Translations under genes and position numbers: made by a program
Source: an uncultured Chryseobacterium sp.
GTDB taxonomy: Bacteria; Bacteroidota; Bacteroidia; Palsa-965
DNA: 64,000 bases
Assembly (NCBI GenBank): GCA_966211705.1
Contig: CBIHOC010000028.1
Coordinates: 13,767 to 77,766, forward strand
Reading direction: 5' to 3'
In this document: piece after piece, positions 19,065 through 27,526 of the stretch
Layout: the number at the start of each line of letters is the position of its first letter
Numbering within the stretch: the stretch's first letter is position 1
Notes under the pieces: generated by a model
Told to the model about the DNA's origin: nothing
The model's database searches: none
What the model saw: the letters and a program-made list of their open reading frames with translations, nothing else

Positions 19065-20486
19065 ATGAATAAGACCCGGCAGGTTATCAAGTACCTGTTC
19101 AGTGACATTGTTGCAGCCGCCTCCGCCTGGGTCGTGTTCTATACCTACCGGAAAGTCAGCATCGAATCCGTGAAGTACGGGGTCGATGTTCCTGTGAGCT
19201 ACGACGACACGTTCTGGGAAGGCCTCGCCGGGGTCACGGTTTTCTGGATCCTCTTTTACGCCCTTACGGGCACTTACCGCAGCATTTACCGCAAATCCCG
19301 CCTTCGGGAGCTGGGACAGACCTTCCTGCACACACTGATCGGCGTGATCGTCATTTTTTTCGTTCTCCTGCTCGACGACGAGGTGATCAGCTACCGCACG
19401 TATTACCTGAGCACGCTGACGCTTTTCGCTACGCATTTCCTCTTCACCGCCACCGGCAGGATGATCCTTTCCTCCATCACCAACAGCCGCATCCGCAGCC
19501 GCCGCCTCGGTTTCAACACGATCATGATCGGCAGCAACGCCAACGCGCTGAAGCTGTTCAACGAGCTCGAGACCCAGCCGAAATCATGGGGAAACCGGTT
19601 CATCGGCTTTGTGCACGTGGACCAGCGCAACGGCTATTCCGAGGATCTCAAAGCCCGCCTGCCGCACCTGGGCGAGGTGGAACAACTGAACAAGATCGTA
19701 AACGAGCACGCCGCCGAAGAAGTCATCATCGCCATCGAATCCTCGGAGCACGACCGGCTGAACACGATCATCAACCACGTCGACAGCACGAATGTGGCGA
19801 TCAAGATCGTGCCGGACATGTACGACATTCTTTCGGGGCAGGTGAAAATGACTTCCATTTACGGGGCGCCGCTCATCGAGATCAACCGGGAGATCATGCC
19901 GGCATGGCAGCAATCCACCAAGCGCCTCATCGACGTTTCGGCTTCGCTCCTGGCCCTTACGGTGCTTTCCCCGGTGTACATCATCGTGTCGATGTGCGTG
20001 AAGTTTTCGTCAAGGGGGCCCATCTTCTACAGCCACGAGCGCATCGGCCACCACGGCAAGCCGTTCATGATCCACAAGTTCCGCTCCATGTACACCGACG
20101 CGGAACGCAACGGCCCGGCCCTTTCCAGCAAGCACGACCCGCGCATCACCCCGTTCGGCCGCTTCATGCGCAAAACCCGCCTCGACGAGCTGCCGCAATT
20201 CTACAACGTGCTGATCGGTGAAATGTCCATCGTCGGCCCACGCCCCGAGCGCCAGTTCTTCATCGACCAGATCGTGCAGAAAGCCCCGCATTACCGCCAT
20301 TTGCACAAGGTGAAGCCCGGCATCACGTCGTGGGGACAGGTGAAATACGGCTACGCGGAGAACGTGGACCAGATGATCGAGCGGTTGAAATACGATCTGC
20401 TGTACATCGAGAACATGTCGCTGTACGTGGATTTCAAGATCCTTATTTATACGGTGCTGATCGTGGTGCAGGGGCGCGGGAAATAA
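19065..20486 (+). CDS. undecaprenyl-phosphate sugar phosphotransferase (WbaP/exopolysaccharide polyprenyl glycosylphosphotransferase family)
   Basis: Multiple TM helices then the bacterial sugar transferase domain: FRSMYTDAERNG...PRITPFGRFMRKTRLDELPQ...MSIVGPRP. Confidence 0.85.
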   Translation: MNKTRQVIKYLFSDIVAAASAWVVFYTYRKVSIESVKYGVDVPVSYDDTFWEGLAGVTVFWILFYALTGTYRSIYRKSRLRELGQTFLHTLIGVIVIFFVLLLDDEVISYRTYYLSTLTLFATHFLFTATGRMILSSITNSRIRSRRLGFNTIMIGSNANALKLFNELETQPKSWGNRFIGFVHVDQRNGYSEDLKARLPHLGEVEQLNKIVNEHAAEEVIIAIESSEHDRLNTIINHVDSTNVAIKIVPDMYDILSGQVKMTSIYGAPLIEINREIMPAWQQSTKRLIDVSASLLALTVLSPVYIIVSMCVKFSSRGPIFYSHERIGHHGKPFMIHKFRSMYTDAERNGPALSSKHDPRITPFGRFMRKTRLDELPQFYNVLIGEMSIVGPRPERQFFIDQIVQKAPHYRHLHKVKPGITSWGQVKYGYAENVDQMIERLKYDLLYIENMSLYVDFKILIYTVLIVVQGRGK

Positions 20487-20620
20487 GCCGCGGATTTCAC
20501 GGATTCCGCGGATTGATTGGGTTGGCGTGCCCTTTTTCTTCGATTTCGCCCAGGATCAGGTCGGGAAGGAAAATTGTCTTAGCCGCGTCAGTTGCGGGAC
20601 GAAGCGCATTCCCGGAAAAG

Positions 20621-21386
20621 TTATCTACCGCTTTCCAGGATTAATTTAATAACCCGGACATCCTCTTCGGTTTCGATCCTTGCGAAATAAAATCCGGGCG
20701 TCATTCCGGTCATATCTATGCTGATCCCCCCGGGAATCTGTTCCAGGTGAACAGGTTGAACTTCTTCACCGGTTACAGTAAAAATGGACGTTCGCAGAAC
20801 AGGCTGAGGAACAAGTAGTGTAACCGTTGAACTGAAAGGGTTAGGAAAAACCGCCAACCATAACGACCGAATTATCCGGTTGGGAATACGCCAGCGCCGC
20901 GCCGCCTTCTACCCCGGTTGCTGATGAGCCCATTCCTTTTGCCCAAAGGCTCAAGCCTGTCGAATCAAATTTTGCAAGAAAAATATCGCTTCCGCCTGCA
21001 GAAGTAAGTGTATCGTTCCCAAAAACGATCGTATTATCGAAGTAGCCACACATATACAGATTGCCAGATAAGTCACATACCAGGCTTTCTGCAAAATCGT
21101 TCCCGGTACCACCCAGACGTTTTGCCCACGCAAACTGCCCGTTTGACCGGTATTTAACGATAAAAATATCCCCTCCCCCGAATGTCGTATAGGTTTGACT
21201 GGCGATCGTGATGTTGGTACTGAGCGTATAAGAAACAGTATAAACGTTTCCGAAGGCATCGCTTGTTAAGGCATTCGCGAAATCGGAGCTGCTTCCACCA
21301 TAAGTACGTCCCCACTGGATGCTTTGCGCAGGTAAAACAAGCATATCCAGTAGTACCAGCAAAAGAAGCGTAACTGACCGTTTCAT
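20621..21386 (-). pseudogene. SBBP-repeat T9SS cargo gene split by a frameshift (181-aa repeat body plus 78-aa CTD in another frame)
   Basis: 20841..21386 encodes signal peptide plus SBBP repeats (GGSSSDFANALTSDAFGNVYTVS, GGTGNDFAESLVCDLSGNLYMCG). 20621..20857 encodes a T9SS CTD (VFPNPFSS...MTPGFYFARIETEE...IKLI). The CTD frame has a stop 18 codons upstream. The junction lies at an A5 run (20846-20850). Confidence 0.5.
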
Positions 21387-21514
21387 ATCGTAATTGTTAG
21401 GCTCAAATATAGGGCGATATGAGAAGTCTATTGTGCATTCCTTTTACCTTTATCCCCCGATCAACTACCCAAATCATACTTCGTACCTCGTAAATCGTAA
21501 ACAATAATTCCCAA

Positions 21515-22414
21515 ATGAAAAACATCACCGTCATCGGTTCAGGCACCATGGGCAACGGCATTGCCCATGTGTTCGCGCAGCATGGTTACAACGTTACGCT
21601 CGTCGACATTTCGAAAGAAGCGCTTGACCGCGGCATCGCCACCATCACCAAGAACATGGACCGCCAGGTCGCCAAAGGCGCGCTCACGGAAGGCGACAAA
21701 GCCGCCGCGCTGGGCCGCATCGCCCCCACCACCGATCTCGCTTCGGGTGTGAAGAACGCCGACCTCGTTGTGGAAGCCGCCACGGAGAACGTGGACCTCA
21801 AGCTGAAGATCTTCCGCGACATCGACGCAAATGCGCCGGCCAGCGCCATCCTCGCTTCAAACACCTCTTCCATCTCCATCACGAAGATCGCCGCGGTTAC
21901 CAAACGGCCCGGCCAGGTGATCGGCATGCATTTCATGAACCCCGTTCCGGTGATGAAGCTCGTGGAAGTGATCCGCGGCTATTCCACCACCGACGACGTA
22001 ACGGGCGCCATCATGGACCTTTCGAAAAAGCTGGAAAAAGTTCCCGTGGAAGTGAACGACTATCCCGGCTTCGTGGCCAACAAGATCCTGATGCCGATGA
22101 TCAACGAAGCGATCATTACGCTTCACGAAGGCACTGCCGGCGTGGAAGAGATCGACACGGTGATGAAGCTCGGCATGGGCCACCCGATGGGCCCGCTGCG
22201 CCTGGCAGATTTTATCGGCCTCGACGTGTGCCTGGCGATCCTGCGCGTGCTGCAGGACGGCTACGGCAACCCGAAATACGCGCCCTGCCCGCTTCTGGTG
22301 AACATGGTTACGGCCGGGCATCTCGGCGACAAGTCGGGCAAAGGTTTTTACGACTACGCCAACCCGAAAGCCCCGGTGGTGGCAGAACGTTTCCGGAAAA
22401 AGGAGCTTGTGTAA
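21515..22414 (+). CDS. hbd: 3-hydroxybutyryl-CoA / 3-hydroxyacyl-CoA dehydrogenase
   Basis: MKNITVIGSGTMGNGIAHV NAD-binding N-terminus and the HFMNPVPVMKLVEV signature. Confidence 0.9.
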   Translation: MKNITVIGSGTMGNGIAHVFAQHGYNVTLVDISKEALDRGIATITKNMDRQVAKGALTEGDKAAALGRIAPTTDLASGVKNADLVVEAATENVDLKLKIFRDIDANAPASAILASNTSSISITKIAAVTKRPGQVIGMHFMNPVPVMKLVEVIRGYSTTDDVTGAIMDLSKKLEKVPVEVNDYPGFVANKILMPMINEAIITLHEGTAGVEEIDTVMKLGMGHPMGPLRLADFIGLDVCLAILRVLQDGYGNPKYAPCPLLVNMVTAGHLGDKSGKGFYDYANPKAPVVAERFRKKELV

Positions 22415-22424
22415 ACAAACCGGC

Positions 22425-22458
22425 ACAAAAAAAGCCCGTTCCTGAACCGGAACGGGCT
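22425..22458. terminator. bidirectional terminator
   Basis: AAAAAAGCCCGTTCCTGAACCGGAACGGGCTTTTTTG. Confidence 0.7.
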
Positions 22459-22480
22459 TTTTTGATAATATTTTGATCGC

Positions 22481-22846
22481 TTATTCAGCGTTCTCCATGC
22501 TGTCGAGCGTATGCTGCATTTCTTCCTGCATGTCTTTTCCAAGCTGGTCGAGTGCGGTGCCGAGTTCGTCCGTTGCCTGCTTGATCTTCCAGATCCAGAA
22601 GATAGCGAGGCCGATAGCAACAACGTTCAGGATGATACCTGCAACGATTGCTCCTTTTTTCGGGTTATTGCCGCCCTTTGCCATAAAGAAAGCGATAACG
22701 CTTAAAATGAGGCCGACAACGGCTACCCAGAGTGCTCCTGCACCGAGCAGCGGGATGCATGCCCAAACGGCAGCAACAATACCGATAATCATGCCTGCGA
22801 GTCCGAGACCTTTTCCTTTAGTTGAGGGAGCGTTCGATTGTTCCAT
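22481..22846 (-). CDS. small membrane protein (hypothetical)
   Basis: Three hydrophobic helices and a charged C-terminal tail. Confidence 0.55.
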   Translation of the reverse strand: MEQSNAPSTKGKGLGLAGMIIGIVAAVWACIPLLGAGALWVAVVGLILSVIAFFMAKGGNNPKKGAIVAGIILNVVAIGLAIFWIWKIKQATDELGTALDQLGKDMQEEMQHTLDSMENAE

Positions 22847-22986
22847 AGTGATGGTTTTGGTTTAGTTGGTTTTCTGGCAACAAATGAAGATCAATTCCAC
22901 GGATTTTCAAATACTCCACAATTCATTTTATTAACACCCTTTAACAGCGCGTAATATCCTGACAAACAGAAAACTAGCAAGAGTTT

Positions 22987-24708
22987 TTAATACTTTTTCC
23001 CGCTCCAGCGCTGCCAGGCTTCCTTCCGGGAATCGTCCACACCGGGTTTCCGGCGGACTTTGGGGTTCGACAGCCAGTGCGTTCCGTCGCCGCTGAGGCG
23101 GATGTTTTTCACCCGCCCGCCCGAGGCAACAACGAGCTCGGTTTCAGTGCCGCCGAAGAAATTCACCCATTCCGACATATCCGCCCGCACCTGCATGCCG
23201 TTGACCGCAAGCACTTCGTCGCCCACGGCCAGTCCCGCAACCTCTGCCGGCGAACCGTAATAGATCTCGGAAACTTTCGTAATACCGGCGGGCTCGGCCA
23301 CTTTGAAGCCATACAGCCGCTCATGGTTGCGGCGCGCGGGAACCATTTCCAGCGTACAGCCGATCACGTCGAGCGCTTCGGAAATGATGGCCTCATAGCT
23401 GTTCGCCTTGTAAAAGAAATTATTCCAGTAATAGCTGAAATCCGCGCCGGATTCTTCTTCCACCAGACGCTTGTAGTCGGCTTCCGTGTAGCCTTTGCCT
23501 TTCGAGGCGAATTCCGTCCACAGCCGGTGCATCACCGAGTCGAGCGACTTCTGGTGGCCGGTGTTGCGGCGGATGAACATGTCGGTGACGAACGCAAGCA
23601 GGCAGCCTTCGTGGTAAATGGAAGTTTTGCGGTGCGGCGCGCCGGGCACATAACCGTCGAGCCAGGAATCGAAAGAGGCTTCCGAAACGGACTGGAAATG
23701 ACGCGCGTGGCTTTCGAAGTGTTTATCGAGGCGCTCTTCGAACGTGGGCCAGAACTCTTCTTCTTTCCAGACGCCGGAACGGAACAGCAAATAATCGCCG
23801 TAATAGGTGGTCACGCCTTCAGCCACGTAGCCGAGGCGGGAATAATTTTCTTTCGTGAGATCGTACGGGTGCATTTCCGCCGGGCGAATGGCCTTGATGT
23901 TCCAGGCATGGAACAATTCGTGGCAGCTCACGCCGAGGAAATCGTTGTACAGCTCTTTGTCCATGAGCTTGTACCCCGGTCCCAGCGCGCAAACCGTGGA
24001 CTCCGTATGCTCCACGCCATGGTAAAAACGCGTCGGCAGTACCTGGAAGAGAAAATGGAATTCTTCGGCAGGAAACGTTTTGAAGATCACCATCTGCTCG
24101 CTGATGAAAATGAAAAAGTCGGAAATGATCTTCGGCCATTCCGGTTTCGCTTTTCCCTGGAACCAGAGGTGAAACTCCACACCGTCGAGCACGAAAAAAT
24201 TGTGCTTCAGGCTGGGGCTGGCGATGAACGGGCTGTCGGCGAGATGGTCGAAATCGCGGGCGATGAGCGTGTTCCTGTCCTGCTTGAGCGCGCAGGCGAT
24301 CTTCCAGTTCTGCGGGATGTCGAGCGTTACGCGGCATTCCTCGTGGATGCGGCCGGGAATGTACACGAGGCAGTTCACCGGATTTACGTAAAGCTGCGTA
24401 TCGTCGGTGTATGTCGAGCCTGCATTCAGCTCGTTGGCGTAATACTCGTAACGAACCGCGACGCGGGAAACGCCTTTGGCCGCGATGGTCCAGAGGTCTT
24501 TGGTGATCTTTTCGGTTTTCAGCTCGCGCCCCTGCTCATCGTACGCGCGGAAATCGCGGACATTCTTCGCAAAATTCCCCAGCTCGTAACGTCCCGGTCG
24601 CCACGCCGGCAGCTGGATCTCGAGAATGTCTTTCGCCGGGTTATCGGCAAAGGCTTCGACGGTTATAAAACGGGAGTTCGGAACAAGAGAGGAAATGGTG
24701 TAATTCAT
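22987..24708 (-). CDS. M61 family glycyl aminopeptidase with C-terminal PDZ domain
   Basis: HELFHAWN zinc motif and PDZ-like GLAVGDEVLAVNG. Confidence 0.8.
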   Translation of the reverse strand: MNYTISSLVPNSRFITVEAFADNPAKDILEIQLPAWRPGRYELGNFAKNVRDFRAYDEQGRELKTEKITKDLWTIAAKGVSRVAVRYEYYANELNAGSTYTDDTQLYVNPVNCLVYIPGRIHEECRVTLDIPQNWKIACALKQDRNTLIARDFDHLADSPFIASPSLKHNFFVLDGVEFHLWFQGKAKPEWPKIISDFFIFISEQMVIFKTFPAEEFHFLFQVLPTRFYHGVEHTESTVCALGPGYKLMDKELYNDFLGVSCHELFHAWNIKAIRPAEMHPYDLTKENYSRLGYVAEGVTTYYGDYLLFRSGVWKEEEFWPTFEERLDKHFESHARHFQSVSEASFDSWLDGYVPGAPHRKTSIYHEGCLLAFVTDMFIRRNTGHQKSLDSVMHRLWTEFASKGKGYTEADYKRLVEEESGADFSYYWNNFFYKANSYEAIISEALDVIGCTLEMVPARRNHERLYGFKVAEPAGITKVSEIYYGSPAEVAGLAVGDEVLAVNGMQVRADMSEWVNFFGGTETELVVASGGRVKNIRLSGDGTHWLSNPKVRRKPGVDDSRKEAWQRWSGKKY

Positions 24709-24757
24709 AATGACCATAAAAATACCAAAACCCGGGTTGCGGAATAATGTTTGATGG

Positions 24758-24790
24758 GATATTACGGCAAAGGGGTCGACCAGTGGTCGA
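24758..24790. terminator. hairpin GGGGTCGACCAGTGGTCGACCCC
   Basis: Perfect stem between two minus-strand genes. Confidence 0.5.
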
Positions 24791-24823
24791 CCCCTATATG
24801 CCGTATTCCCATCAATATTTTTC

Positions 24824-25897
24824 CTAGCAAACCTTGAACACCCAATCGTGCGGGTCGGCGATGCGGCCGCGGCGGATGCCGTCGAGGGCTTTGTTGACGC
24901 GGCGGGAGAATGATTTCTCCGTCAGCTCGGGCAGCTTGTAATCCATGCCTTCGTAGCCGATGTGCGAAATGTGAGCGATGGTGGCCGCGGTGCCGGTGCC
25001 GAATGCTTCGGTGAGCGTGCCTTTCTGCAATCCTTCCACCACTTCATCGATGGCGATGCGGCGTTCCTCCACTTCCATTTCCCAGTCGCGCGCGAGCGTG
25101 AGCACGCTGTCGCGTGTGATGCCGGCGAGGATCGTGTCGCTGAGGTTGGGTGTAATGAGCTTGTTGTTGAGCACGAACATGAGGTTCATCGTTCCCGATT
25201 CCTCTACGTATTTGTGCTCGCGGCCGTCGGTCCAGATGAGCTGGTCGTAGCCTTCTTTGCGGGCGAGCGCAGACGGGTAAAGCGAGCGCCCGTAGTTGCC
25301 GGATGCTTTCACATATCCCACCCCGCCTTCCACCGCGCGGAAAAATGTTTTTTCGACTTTCACTTTCAGCGGGTGGTCGTAATACGCGCCTACGGGTGAA
25401 GCGATGATGAGGAACATGTACGAATCGGACGGTTTTACGCCGATGTAATCGTCGGTGGCGATGAGGAACGGGCGAACGTAGAGCGAACGACCGTCGCCGG
25501 CCGGCACCCAGTTCTGGTCGAGGCGCAGCAGCTCCACGAGGCCTTCCATGAACACTTCTTCCGGCACTTCCGGCATGGCCATGCGGATCGCAGAGCGGTT
25601 GAGGCGCTTCTGGTTTTCGTGCGGGCGGAACAGCAGCACGTCGGCATTGTCCGAGCGGTAGGCTTTCATGCCTTCGAAGATGGCCTGGCCGTAATGCATG
25701 ACCGAGCTGGCGGGGCTCATCTGGAGGTTCGCGTAAGGAGCGATCCGCAGCTTTTCCCAGCGCCCGTTGTGGTATTCGGCGAGGAACATGTGATCGGAAA
25801 ACACCTTGCCGAAAGGAAGGTTGTTGATATCGAGGCCGGGCAGGCGCGAATGTTGCGTCTTCTGCACTTCGATGGAAAGCGTTGCGCTGCTATTCAT
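24824..25897 (-). CDS. ilvE: branched-chain amino acid aminotransferase
   Basis: Class IV PLP fold motifs (HYGQAIFEGMKAYR, ...EESGTMN..., TGTAA). Confidence 0.9.
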   Translation of the reverse strand: MNSSATLSIEVQKTQHSRLPGLDINNLPFGKVFSDHMFLAEYHNGRWEKLRIAPYANLQMSPASSVMHYGQAIFEGMKAYRSDNADVLLFRPHENQKRLNRSAIRMAMPEVPEEVFMEGLVELLRLDQNWVPAGDGRSLYVRPFLIATDDYIGVKPSDSYMFLIIASPVGAYYDHPLKVKVEKTFFRAVEGGVGYVKASGNYGRSLYPSALARKEGYDQLIWTDGREHKYVEESGTMNLMFVLNNKLITPNLSDTILAGITRDSVLTLARDWEMEVEERRIAIDEVVEGLQKGTLTEAFGTGTAATIAHISHIGYEGMDYKLPELTEKSFSRRVNKALDGIRRGRIADPHDWVFKVC

Positions 25898-26038
25898 ACA
25901 GATCGTCCGTTTGAGGTGTGTGGGCGGGGGTTATGCCTAAAACAAAGATGCCAATTATATTCCGGAACATTCGCCCTGCCTGCGCGCTTTTCGACGGGCA
26001 CGGGGTTTGAAGGGATATTTGGCGTAATTTAGTGATGA

Positions 26039-26167
26039 ATGAAAGTTTTGCTTCTTTATACGGCCGCATTCGCCTTAATGTTCGCTACAGCCTGCAACGG
26101 CGGTAAACACGGACGCAAGTCGACCAACAAACATCCCTCCAGCTGCAACTGCGAGCACTTTGAATAG
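26039..26167 (+). CDS. candidate 42-aa Cys/His-rich lipoprotein (below ORF-track cutoff)
   Basis: Translation reads MKVLLLYTAAFALMFATACNGGKHGRKSTNKHPSSCNCEHFE: signal peptide plus lipobox (FATAC), then C/H cluster C-x3-H-x7-H-x3-C-x-C-x-H. Confidence 0.35.
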   Translation: MKVLLLYTAAFALMFATACNGGKHGRKSTNKHPSSCNCEHFE

Positions 26168-26277
26168 AGGTGTTAGGTATTAGGACTTGGACTTAGGACT
26201 TAGGTATTAGGATGGTTGCAGTATAACCTAACACCTAACACCTAACACCTAAGTCCTAAGTCCTAACTCCTAAGTCC
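26168..26277. repeat. imperfect 110-bp palindrome built from TTAGG-like pentamer units, abutting the lolD promoter
   Basis: Left arm GGTGTTAGGTATTAGGACTTGGACTTAGGACTTAGGTATTAGGA, loop TGGTTGCAGTATAA, right arm CCTAACACCTAACACCTAACACCTAAGTCCTAAGTCCTAACTCCTAAGTCCTA. A second family member lies at 40021-40130. Confidence 0.9.
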
Positions 26278-26285
26278 TATCTTTG
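26278..26285 (+). promoter_or_regulatory. -7 box TATCTTTG only 5 nt upstream of the lolD ATG (predicts a leaderless transcript)
   Basis: tatctttgcggccATG. Established Bacteroidota sigma-A -7 consensus is TAnnTTTG, with the TSS about 6-7 nt downstream. Confidence 0.4.
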
Positions 26286-26290
26286 CGGCC

Positions 26291-26947
26291 ATGTCACTTA
26301 TTTCCGCTACGAATATTACGAAGTCATATGGCGCGTTGCAAGTGCTGCGCGGGATCAATTTAGAGATCGCGAAAAGTGAGATCGTTTCCATCGTGGGCGC
26401 TTCCGGCGCGGGGAAAACGACGTTGCTCACCATCCTCGGCACGCTCGACCGGGCCGACGGCGGCCAGCTCATCATCGACAACCAGGATATTTCACTGCTC
26501 AGCACGCGCCAGCTGGCGGCATTCCGCAACAGCCGCATCGGGTTCGTGTTCCAGTTCCATCACCTGCTCCCGGAATTCACCGCCGTGGAGAATGTCTGCA
26601 TGCCCGCATTCATCGCCGGCAAATCGAAGGCCGATGCGGAAAAACGCGCAACGGAATTGCTGGGCCTGCTCGGACTTTCGGAACGCCTCACGCACAAGCC
26701 CGCACAGCTTTCCGGCGGCGAGCAGCAGCGCGTGGCCGTAGCGCGGGCCCTGGTGAACGACCCGGCGGTGATCTTCGCCGACGAGCCTTCCGGGAACCTC
26801 GATTCCGCGACGTCGAAAAGTCTTCACGAATTGTTCTTCACGCTCCGCAAAGAGCTGGGACAAACGTTCGTCATCGTCACGCATAATGAAGAACTGGCCG
26901 CGATGGCGGACAGGAAGCTGACGATCAAAGATGGCGTGGTAGCCTGA
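26291..26947 (+). CDS. lolD: ABC transporter ATP-binding protein, LolD/MacB-type
   Basis: Walker [10 protein letters not shown], signature LSGGEQQR, Walker B VIFADEP. Aligns with LolD from its first residues. Confidence 0.8.
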   Translation: MSLISATNITKSYGALQVLRGINLEIAKSEIVSIVGASGAGKTTLLTILGTLDRADGGQLIIDNQDISLLSTRQLAAFRNSRIGFVFQFHHLLPEFTAVENVCMPAFIAGKSKADAEKRATELLGLLGLSERLTHKPAQLSGGEQQRVAVARALVNDPAVIFADEPSGNLDSATSKSLHELFFTLRKELGQTFVIVTHNEELAAMADRKLTIKDGVVA

Positions 26948-26951
26948 ACAT

Positions 26952-27008
26952 TCACTATTCAACAATTCAAAGATTCGTGTGTACAATCATTGAATTGTTG
27001 AATAGTGA
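26952..27008. terminator. 19-bp inverted repeat hairpin after lolD
   Basis: TCACTATTCAACAATTCAA - loop - TTGAATTGTTGAATAGTGA. Contains the TTCAAAGATTC family motif. Confidence 0.5.
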
Positions 27009-27087
27009 TTTGCGAAGCAAGAACGATTGAATCTTTGAATTGTCTGAAATGGCCGAAGGCGGCTCCTTTTTGGAAACCGCCTTCGTC

Positions 27088-27495
27088 ATAAAGTGCAGAC
27101 CTGTAAGCCGGGTTCTGTGTCCGCGGAAGAACGAATCCTCCACGGCTTCCGTCATTTCTCTGGGATCCCGCTCGCGCGAAGACCTCAAGCAACCTACCCG
27201 TCACGATAATCCCGGTTTCCCGGAAAAGGCAGCGGGCAGCTGCACGATCGTGACCTATTTGGTTTTTCAACACCCGGGGTTTACCCCAGCGACTGTCGCC
27301 AGCCGCAGCGTGCGCTCTTACCGCACGTTTTCACCCTTACTGTCCCGCCGAAACGAGATTAGCGGTATAGTTCTCTGTGGCACTTTCCATAGTTTCACAT
27401 TCCTGTGAAACCTCTTCCCGTTAGGAAGCGAGCCGCCCTGTGTTGCCCGGACTTTCCTCTATACATTGCTGCACAGCGACGGAATAGTCTGCGGT
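27088..27495 (-). ncRNA. rnpB: RNase P RNA (bacterial type A)
   Basis: Minus strand contains GAGGAAAGTCCGGGCAACACAGGG (P4 5' strand region) and ACAGAACCCGGCTTACAGGTCTGCAC (P4 3' strand / P1 3' strand). 5' GCAGAC pairs with 3' GTCTGC (P1). A TATCTTTG -7 box sits on the minus strand at 27505-27498. Only short mutually overlapping ORFs occur here. Confidence 0.75.
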
Positions 27496-27526
27496 GCAAA
27501 GATACGGCTAAAAGCCGACTGCGGCG

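Noticed and set aside
23077-24747. 556-aa plus-strand ORF
   Set aside because: It is antisense to the M61 peptidase, which has the HELFH zinc motif and a PDZ domain.
26168-26277. Possible CRISPR array or telomeric repeat because of the TTAGG periodicity
   Set aside because: Units are 5-9 nt with no spacers. The arms are inverted relative to each other rather than direct, and no cas genes are present. The chromosome is bacterial and these are internal loci. The call is a palindromic repeat element.
26959-27408. Short ORFs 26959..27273(-), 26967..27188(-), 27040..27408(+)
   Set aside because: The region is occupied by RNase P RNA.
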